DNA of 64,000 bases from Asterias rubens (Eukaryota). The notes under the pieces are model-generated. The model had not been told where the DNA came from. It saw nothing but the letters and a program-made list of their open reading frames with translations, and searched no databases. Each line of letters begins with the position of its first letter. Position 1 is the first letter of the stretch. The translations under genes and the position numbers were made by a program. Location of the stretch: contig NC_047083.1 of the NCBI RefSeq assembly GCF_902459465.1, positions 4,030,001 to 4,094,000 on the forward strand. Direction: 5' to 3'. Shown in pieces: positions 18,266 through 28,096 of this stretch.

Positions 18266-18644
18266 AGGCAGTGGACACTATTGGTAATTGTCATAGTCTG
18301 GCCTTCACAGTTGGTGTATCTCAACATATGCATAAAATAACAAACCTGTGAAAGTTTGAGCTCAATCGGTCATCAAACTTGCGAGATAATAATGAAAGAA
18401 AAGAACACCCTTGTCACACGAAGTTGTGTACGTTTAGATGGTTGATTTCGAGACCTCAAGTTCTAACTCTGAGGTCTCGAAATCAAATTCGAACAAAGTT
18501 ACTTCTTTCTCGAAAACTATGGCACTTCAGAGGGAGCCGTTTCTCACAATGTTTTATACCATCAACCTCTCCCCATTACTCGTCACCAAGAAAGGTTTTA
18601 TGCTAACAGTTACTTTGAGTAATTACCAATAGTGTCCACTGCTT
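18266..18644. mobile_element. Kolobok-type MITE present only in duplication copy a
   Basis: TTAA on both sides (18262-18265, 18645-18648); single TTAA in the paralogous empty site ccTTAAggggatgcg at 51744-51747. Confidence 0.92.
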
Positions 18645-20448
18645 TTAAGGGGATGCGACTTTTTGAAACTTAAATAATCTGACCTAAAAATTGGGACCCA
18701 AAGTTTTGCTTCCTCACACCACAAAAAACAGTAATGACAACAAATTAAAAGTTTTTTTTTTCATTGCTCATTTTTATTTAGGCTACTTGGTTACTGAGAC
18801 GATGTAAAGTACACCTAAGAAAACTCTACAAAGTTTTAAAAAAATTCAGTCCACTTTGGTTTATCCTTCAGTATCACTTTTTTTAAAGAAAAACTCAAAG
18901 TTGTGAAATCTTTTGAACCTTGTAAAGTAGGCATTACTTAAATCTTGAACAAAACAGTTTAGAAGCTGTGGAAGACAAAATTACTATAGGCATGCGGAGG
19001 ATTTGTCTTTTTAAACCGCTAAGCTCGAGTGTTCTACAATTATAACTATCGTCTTTTAGTTATGATTATTGTTATAATGAAATCAACCGAATGCGAAGAA
19101 TAATCGATTTAAAACACATGATACTTGTCTGATGAATCACTATACTCTTTTTTCAGGTCCCAGGATTACCAACCAAATTTCCACGTGATTTTCATGATAA
19201 TCAAACAACAGCTGAATGTCAGTCAACAAGCAAAATGCAACAAATTAATGAAAAAATTGGTTTGGTAGTCTTGTTTTTATCAAGGAAGAAATTTCATGCT
19301 AAGCAAATTTGTGTGCTTACAGACAGGCTTTATGAAATTGGGCCCAGATCAGAACTGACAGGGGATTTTTCCTCAGATTCTGGGTCAGGTTGACCCGTTT
19401 CTGGGTCACTTTGATACAAACTACGGGTAAAACTGACCCGAATATGACCTAAAGGGACCCGGATTTCAGGTCAAGTCTGTGTGATTGTGGCTCAATTCCA
19501 CTACTGTGTGCAGAGGAGGGTTTAGACAGTTTTTAAAATAAATGTAATATTTGATCGTGGAAGAGAAATTAAAGAACCCATAATGGTCACCACCATTGCT
19601 TAATTTAATTACTTAATCGAGATATAATAATAATTGTAAGCAATATCTTGTCCAAAGTATACACGTTTAGAGTTAATTATCACTAGATCAAGATCCGCGG
19701 TTTGGGTGGATTGTTCACGGGTGTTATGCTTAAGTATTTTATATTTTTTTGTATCAATTCAAAACTGTAAGATGGTGTGTACATAATAATTATACTCATT
19801 TTAAAGAGTTTAAACACATAATGTCGTACCAACTTTTTAAATGAACGTGTTTATCATGATTTTGACACCTGCTCAAAATGGTTTGTACAAACACATACAA
19901 GAATATAAACCAATGGGTACAAAACTTAAGCAAAGGACACCTTGTTAGTAATTGTCGAAGACCAGTATTCTCTAAATTAATAACAAACCTGTGAAAATTT
20001 GAGCTCAATTGGTCGTTGAAGTTGTGAGAAGACGAAGAAAGAATATAGCACAATATTGTCGCAAAGGTTGTGTGCTTTCAAATGCTTGAATTTGATACCT
20101 CAGCCGAGGTTCGAATCAATTCAACCTCTTTCTCAAAAACTACGTGACTTCAGAGGGAGCCGGTTCTCACAATGTTTTATACCATGATCAACAGCTGCTC
20201 TCCATTGCTCGTAACCAAGTAAGTTTTTATGCTAACAATTATTTTGAGTAATTACCAACAGTGTTCACTGCTTTTACGCTTATACAAATATGTTGACAAT
20301 CTGTTTTCAGAGTGTAGTATAGGCCTGTACGTATTTTTTTCGATAGCTAGTGATAATTAAAACGTCATCCGTCGTGAGGGAAAACACTGGTTATTATTAT
20401 TATTTTGTATTAATGTTATTATTAGTATAATAATTGTTTTTATTTTGT

Positions 20449-23400
20449 TTAGACGTCGATGCATCCAAGGTTCAAGTTCGCAACGTCGACAAAGAGGACC
20501 CTACCTACAATACCGAAGCATGCGTGAAAGTTGCTACCACTTATGTTGATGTCTGAAATTTTCAGACATAAGGTCAGGAACTTCGCAATACCGACGCACA
20601 CATATGGCGGATTCACAGCTAGTAGAGTAAAACAAAAAGAGAAACAAAATTAATTTAAAACACTGGGAGTTTTTGAACGCTAGGTGGCAGCAAACTTACC
20701 AGGTGAATTCCCTATAACGCGTGCGATTAGCTTCCCCCAGTGTACCGGGGTTTACACTCGTGATAGCCACAGAGACCCCGCTCGTGAGCTGGGTATGTGG
20801 TAGTCTTGGCCCAATACGTAAGTGCTCCATATTGGATAGTGTACTACGCTCCTGAGCTGGGTCTGTGGTACACTGGTCCCAAGACAGATACTTGCTTTTC
20901 AAAACCAGCAATTTTGTTGGACACAATTATTTCATTGGACGAACGTGCAGTCACGTAAGCATTCTGTATCTGTGTTTTGATTGGTCGGAGGTGTGACGTT
21001 TGACAGCTGCACTGACAGTCGTCTGCATATGAATGTAGGTGAAAGGTGAAGATGGACGAGGGTTGACCTGTAGGCTAGAGGCCACTCTCACGAGCCTCGA
21101 AGTGTGACGTCAGAGGTCAGGCTAGGTCTGGAGTGCAGTTTCGACCCCAAACAAATCCCAACCGAGTCAACAAGTCAGTTACCGGTTGGTCTGCTGAACA
21201 GCATCGTCACCGCGTCTCAACCGAGACGCGAAAACGCTCAACCGATGACCATATCTATGCCGATGACCAATGTTTCCGGTTGGGGTCGTCAAAACGCACT
21301 CATGTGGTGACTGACATCGGGAGAGACACGAGTATCACGTGTAAGCTAATCGAGCGCAAGGTCACATACGCAGTTTTGAGCATGCGCATAATTATTACCG
21401 ATAATATAGTCTGGTTCCCAGACCCAAAAATCTCCGACTAGGCTCTGTCGAATTTAGGGTCCGGTATCACCCAAAATCACGTGACCAAAAAGGAGGAATT
21501 CCTCCTCTTTCGAAGTTATCCGAAATGTTCCGAACGTGTTATCGTCAACAAAAAGTCCAATTGGAAATGAAAATAACGTGTAAACTCAATGGGGGACTTT
21601 GGAAAGCTGAGGGTAAAGGTCTGGGTATGTGCACATCACAGAGCACCATGTATTAAATGGACACGTTGTCTTGGGTCGGACGAGTTGGTCTATAAAAACC
21701 GTTTGCAACCGTTTGTTATAAAATATCCATTATTATGGATAGGAAGATGTTGTAATAGATTACTATCCCCACAAACACGCCTCGAAATTGCGTGGTTTTC
21801 TTTTTACTTTGCGGACTAACACGGTCGGCCATTTGATGGGAGTCCAAACGGCCGACCGTTTTAGTTGATGAGGTAAAAGGAAAATCGTACAATTTCGAGG
21901 CGTGTTTGTGTGGATCATTGTATTCTACTTTTACAACATCCTCCCACCCAAATGCATGTTATAACAAACGGTTGCAAACGCTTTTCAAAGACCAACTCGA
22001 CCAATTCAAGGCAACGTGTTCCTTTAAAGTGGTAAGTCTTCTGCCACCTAGCTTCACTGCACGCTGACATTAGTTCCTTTTCGAAGGGAAGATGTTAGGC
22101 GAAGCTAGAAAGATGCTAGGCGGAGCTAGAAAGATGTTAGGCGGAGCTAAGATATGTTAGGCAGAGTTAGAAGGACAGATGTTAGGCGCCGAGCTAGAAA
22201 GATGCTAGGCGGAGTTAGGAACATATTTTAGGCAGAGCTAAAAGGATACAGATGTTCTAAAAGCTAAAAGGATAGATAAGTTGAGCTAGAAGGATAGATG
22301 CCAGAATTGATTTATTTTTTATTAAGGGTCAATAATGGGGCAAACAAGACAAGATTCTTGGCTTACCCGACACCTCCTGGTTGACGATGGTGTCCCCGTT
22401 GACTCTCAGGATGATGTGAACGCCGTAGTTCTCCGGGATGTAGTCAACAATCAGCTCAGCTGAAAAAAAAGATAATATTATTAGAAAATTTTATTTAACA
22501 TCCAAGCAGATCCTTGCCATTTGATTGGAGGAATGTCCATCACGTGATAGCAAATAAAGTACCACTGCACGCTGAGTCACCCACCATGCTTTTTCGTTCC
22601 ATTCGAAAAAGCTGAGTAAAAACATCACTGCGTGCGTGGCGTGCGCGTGTCTTTGGTAACGCAGCAGTGTTACTGCCAAGGCAGCAAAAATACTACCATT
22701 CGGTTTCTGCGTGTCTAAAAATAGCTGTACAGAACGCGCATTGTGACTGTTGAATCCAACAGGCCGACCTAAAGAGAAACGGGTGTAATTTCACAATCAA
22801 AATTTGTAGTATCTTCCAATCAAAATGACAAAGATCTACTTGGATGTTATATAAAACAAATAACGAATGTTTTTCATTCGTGCAATGATGCAAATATTAT
22901 GTTCATTCGTTGAAAGCTGGAATGTTCCATTCAACTCGGCTCCGCCTCGTTGAATTGGAAAATTACATCTTTCAACCCATGAACGTATTCGCACCATTGC
23001 ACTCATAAACATTCATTTTGTGTATAATACTTTACTGAAAATATAAAAATTAAACGTTGTTGGTGTTTGTCACCCACACCTCTATAGACTTGATTCAAGT
23101 CTTAGATCGCGGTTATTCTTCTGCATCTCAGCCACGAAAACGCCCCCCTCATTCACTGACTCCCAGCATTTCGATAATACCCAATGGTCAACTTAGCACA
23201 CATGGCGTGATATAGAGCGCCAATGTATCATTGAGCGCAGTAATTAGATTGGGTATAACTAATTGTTGACACACTTCTTGAATTTGCATATCAAGTCAGA
23301 CTCTGATGAAGTTTTTGGGAGCATTCCATGGTCTGGAGAGCAAACATAAAAAAAGGTGCGACTTGCAGACTTGCGAATCTTTGACGGGGTTTGGTTCCGT

Positions 23401-25591
23401 GATACAAGTATAGTGTCTCTACAACGCATCTTTGGGTGCGTTCGTTTAGCTCCCCTGGGTCGACCCCGGTGCGTGGCGTGTTTTTTTTTACCAGGACGAA
23501 CGTGGGTAATTATCTGCACACACTCGTCCTGGGAAAAAAAAACCGCCACACACCGGGGTCGACTCAGGGAAGCTAAACGAACGCACCCATTGTTTCAGAC
23601 TTGTTCTTCCTTCCTGATCATGCTTCAGCTGAAGTCTTTTATTATTTGAATGAGAAATTACCTCTATCTGAAAACTACGTTACTTCAGAGGGAGTCATTT
23701 CTCACAATGTTTTGTACTATCAACAGCTGTCCACTGCTCGTTACCAAGTTAGTTTTAATACTAAAAATTATTGTGAAAAAATTACCAATAGTATCCGTAT
23801 GCCTATAATCAATCAGTATAATTTGAATCCTTTTTTTTCAGTCACTCTAATGGCATCGATCTGAGTGCTGCACTGCATAACAAATCATAGTAAGGGGCAT
23901 GTACATTTACTAATAAATACAATTAAAACAAATCAGCAGACTATTACCATTGACATCGATAGTATATGACCAAAACCCTAGGTCTATTGGAACGGAAATG
24001 GCTCCTGAGCAGGTCCCGACATCTCCCGACACCGAACACTGTCCGTTGGCAGAGATTGCTGGCTCATCTGGATTTGCAGAATAGACACAAATAAATATTA
24101 AAGAATGAACAATAACAGTAGTTAATTAAAGTAAATTATGAACTACAGAATTATGCAGTTGGCTTTATACTTCGATTCCAGTTTTTCTGGAAACTTCGGA
24201 GATCATTACATGCTTTACGGTAAAAAAAAAAAAAAAAAGGGAAAATATGTTACTTTGCGATGTTGCCAAAGATACAAAATTGTTATACAATTCAAAAAGG
24301 AGATTGCACTGAAACATTTCAAAATCACCCAAAAGAAAACATTTAAACACAACCAAATCCAGATTATTGAAGAACAATGAAACACCGTATTAATAGGAGG
24401 AAGGGACAGCAAGTTAAAAACAACAACCATAGAATGGACTAAAAACCATCAAACACCCAAACTAAATTGTTACAGAGATCAACTTTTCAAACAATGAAGA
24501 AACAAAATGAAATTCAGCAAAGCTCACGACTTGCCATTTTTCGTTCAAGTAGGTCTTTAGACAGAAAGAAAGAAATATACACCAATGACGTCACTTACAC
24601 AAATTAGCATCCGAGCTCAAACCGTACATGCTGGCCTTCTTCGCAACCGACACCATCTTCAAGAAGAACTCCTTTTCCTCGGAAGTCATCTCCACTCTCT
24701 CGATGTCTTTGATCTACAAACAGTCAAAGTCATCCTCATCGTTAACAATCCCCAGACGTGACACTTGTGTCCTTTAAGACATTGGACACCTTTGGTAACA
24801 GTCTTCTCGCTTAGTGAGTCTCAACATAATTAAATGCATAAATGACAAAACTGTGAACATTTGAACTCAATTATTGGTCGTCGAAGATGCGAGATAATAA
24901 TGGAAGAAAAAAATACCGTTGTCACGCAAAGTTATGTGCTTTCAGATGCTTGATTTCTGGTCTTCAAAATTTAATTCTGAGGTCTTTAAATAAAATTCAA
25001 ACATTTTGGGTTTAGTGGAAATGATTCTTTAGAGGGAACCGTTTCTCATAATGTTTTATACTATCAACAGCTCTCCATTGTTCGTTAACCGAGTCAGTGT
25101 TTAAATTGTTAATTATTTTGAGTAATTACCAATAGTGTCCATGGGTCGATTTCACAAAGAGTTAGAAAGACGTATTAAAAAACGTATGGCTAGTCTTAAG
25201 TTAGGACAGTAACTCGAGTAACTCGTCCTAACTCGAGATAAGAAAAGTCTTAACTCTTTATGAAATCCATCCCAGAGCCCTTAGGACAAAATGGGGTGGG
25301 GGGGGGGGGTAAAGCAAAGAGTATCAGGGCTGAATCATTTTAGCAAATTTTCTGTCACAGGTAAGTTTGTTTGAGTGTAAATTCGTAAGCAACAATCAAA
25401 TGGTTCAAAAACCAAAGCAAGAATATTCACACCGAGTAGGATAGGGGCCAAATAATTTGGCACACATGTCTGAAACAATATTAGGCCCTAAATAAAATGA
25501 AAACAAAGTGACAAACCTGTACGGACTTGGCAGTCACAGCGACGGCACACATGCCCAACACGAAGGCAAACTTCAAGAACCCACTCATCAT
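20449..25591 (-). CDS. Secreted Cys-containing pre-pro-protein with DUF4773-like domain, copy a, 190 aa: join(25517-25591, 24599-24713, 23948-24067, 22367-22459, 20449-20618)
   Basis: GT-AG junctions, phases 0,1,1,1, open to TAA: MMSGFLKFAFVLGMCAVAVTAKSVQ-IKDIERVEMTSEEKEFFLKMVSVAKKASMYGLSSDANLY-EPAISANGQCSVSGDVGTCSGAISVPIDLGFWSYTIDVNA-ELIVDYIPENYGVHIILRVNGDTIVNQEVSA-VNPPYVCVGIAKFLTLCLKISDINISGSNFHACFGIVGRVLFVDVANLNLGCIDV. Hydrophobic signal peptide. The Y.P..YG..L.LNG.....E.SA.NPP..C...C......HAC......LGC pattern is recalled as DUF4773; the domain call needs an HMM check. Confidence 0.85.
21651..22028. mobile_element. Kolobok-type MITE (aggaacacgttgccttg family); paralogue near 54990-55364
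   Basis: Ends ttaaatggacacgttgtcttg / caaggcaacgtgttcctttaa. Confidence 0.75.
22095..22290. repeat. ~20-bp minisatellite (gatgttaggcggagctagaaa)n next to exon 4; longer array in copy b (55425-55670)
   Basis: Direct tandem units visible; copy number differs between paralogues. Confidence 0.9.
22820..23030. repeat. Long imperfect palindrome centred on TTCAACTCGGCTCCGCCTCGTTGAA (copies 56160-56355, 57030-57235)
   Basis: Arms gttcattcgttgaaa...aatgttccattcaac / gttgaa...ttccatctttcaac.catgaac. Confidence 0.75.
23435..23588. mobile_element. Palindromic MITE with TIR gggtgcgttcgtttagct.ccctgggtcgac (paralogue 57649-57800; related ends near 27455-27485 and 62515-62545)
   Basis: Near-perfect ~150-bp fold-back. 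Confidence 0.8.
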
Positions 25592-25693
25592 GATGGGATA
25601 AGAATCTTCTGAATCGAAGGTAGAACTGGAAAACTGATTTCAGTAACCACTTTGGTCAAGTTGGTGTATGATTTGTCAGCGTGGACGGTGCCC

Positions 25694-25699
25694 TTTATA
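25694..25699 (-). promoter_or_regulatory. TATA box of DUF4773-like copy a
   Basis: TATAAA on the minus strand ~105 bp upstream of the ATG, conserved in copy b. Confidence 0.65.
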
Positions 25700-28096
25700 A
25701 AGGCTTGATGTATCGAGGGTGAGGGTATGGGTTTGCTTGGTAACTTCATGGTAATTGGTTTGTTCTAACCCGGATCTGATTTCATAGCCGGATCTTCCAA
25801 ATATTATTAATTTTTATTCATTGTTTCTCTTTAAAAAAAAAATTATCCAGGGGTTGTTATTGTATTAACAGCTTTTTATTTGATTTTGCTGAAAGTCGTC
25901 ATGGCCCAATTTCATGGCTCTGCTTCCTGACGAATTCTGTGCTTACGGTCACCATTCTCAGCTTGAACGGCAAGCGACAAATTTCTACGCAAGATAATAT
26001 CGAAGTCTTAAAGGCAGTGGACACTATTGGTTATTACTCAAAATAATTATTGGCATATAAACCTTTTTTGGTGACGAGTAACGGGGAGAGGTTGATGGTA
26101 TAAAACATTGTGAGAAACGGCTCCCTCTGAAGTGCCATAGTTTTCGAGAAAGACGTAATTTTCCACGAATTTGATTTCGAGGCCTCAAATTTAGAACTTG
26201 GGGTCTCGAAATCAACCATCTTTAAACGCACACAACTTCGTGTGACAAGGGTTATTTTTCTTTAATTATTATCTCGCAACTTCGATGACCGATTGAGCTC
26301 AAGATTTCACAGGTTTGTTATTTTATGCACCAACTGTGAAGGCTAGTCTTTGACAATTACCAAGTGTCCAGTGTCTTTCAAGACACTGGACACTATTGGT
26401 AATTGTCCAGTGTCTTTTAAGACACTGGACATTATTGGTAATTGTCAAAGACCAGTCTTCTCACATTGTGTATCTCAACACAGGCACAAAATAACAAACC
26501 TGTGAAAATTTGAGTTCAATTGATGGCCGAAGTTGCGAGATAACTATCAAAGAAAAAACACCCTTGTCACACGAAGTTGTGTGCTTTGATTTCGAGACCT
26601 CAAAATCTAATTCCGACGTCTCGAAATCAAGTTTTGTGGTAAAATGACTTCCTTCTCGAAAACTAAATACGTCACTTCATATGGATCCGTTTCTCACAAT
26701 GTATTTTACTATCAATCTCTTCCCATTACTCGCTACCAAGGTTTATGCTAATAATTATTGTAAGTATTAATTTTTGTGTACTTACTAAACTAAGAGTAAC
26801 ACAACACACTCTTTACATTTCGAGTTGTCCGTTATATTGCTTTCTAAAAATAGTGGTGATTATTTAACTCTGTTAAAGACAGTGGACACTATTGGTAATC
26901 GTCAAAGACCAGTCTTCTCACTTGGTGTATCTCAACATTATGCATACAATAACAAACCTGTGAAAATTTGAGCTCAATCGGTCGTCGAAGTTGCGAGATA
27001 ATAATGAAAGAAAAAAACACCCTTGTCACACGAAGTTGTGTGCTTTCTGATGCTTGATTTCGAGACCTCAAATTCTAAACTTGAGGTCTCGAAATCAAAT
27101 TCGTGGAAAATTACTTCTTTCTCAAAAACTACGTTACTTTAGAGGGAGCCGTTTCTCACAATGTTTTATACTATCAACAGCTCCCCATTAGTCGTTATCA
27201 AGTAAGGTGTTATGCTAATAATTATTATAAGTTATTACAAAGTGTTCACGGCCTTTAAAGGCACTAGACACATTTGGTTATCGTCAAATAGCTTTGACGT
27301 CATTCCAGGGGCTCACCTGGGTCAGCCCGCAGTGTCCTGCTTGTGGAGTGCGTCACTTGGGGGCTGGCCCTAGGTGCATGACGTCATAACGAGAGGGCGA
27401 GTGTGGCCGTTCGATTTGCTAAAGGCAGGGGCTCACCCGAGTGAGCACCGCGGGGTTGACCCAGGGAAGCTAATCGAACGCACCAAATTATAAGAAAACA
27501 TCAAAACAAAAGCGAATCCATATTACTGCAAAAACAACACACACAAAACCCCATAACAACAGGATCAGGAACAACAATTTAAAAACCCAAAGCCAAACAC
27601 GAATGGACTTTAACCCTATACAGCCAAAAATAAAACTGGGCTGGGCTGACAATTATATACATGTTTTTTTTCCCATTTTTTTTCAAGCATACATTAAAAA
27701 ACAACCTACAAAAAAGGTCCACCCTCGCCTAGACATTCGAAAGGACTCGTACCCCCTTTACGGCACTGTACCCGTTTGGTAATTGTCAAAGACCAGTCTT
27801 CTCGCCAAATTTACTTAGCATGAAATTTCTTCCTCGATAAAAACAGGATTACCAACCAAGTTTCCACGTGATTTTCAGGATATGCAAACAACAGCTGAAT
27901 ATCAGTGACAAGAAATATGCAACAAATGGAAATTTCGTTGGTAATCCTGTCTTTATAAAGGAAGAAATTTTATGCTAAGCAAATTTGTGTGCTTAGCAGC
28001 TCTATGAAATTGGGCCCTGGTCTATCCAAACATCAGCATCAAATGACAAGCCTGTATGTACACATTTTTGCTCAATTGGTCATCGAAGTTGCGAGA

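Noticed and set aside
20449-20556. Plus-strand reading DVDASKVQVRNVDKEDPTYNTEACVK after a TTTAG
   Set aside because: Antisense of the last exon of the secreted gene; the minus-strand frame completes a coherent five-exon model.
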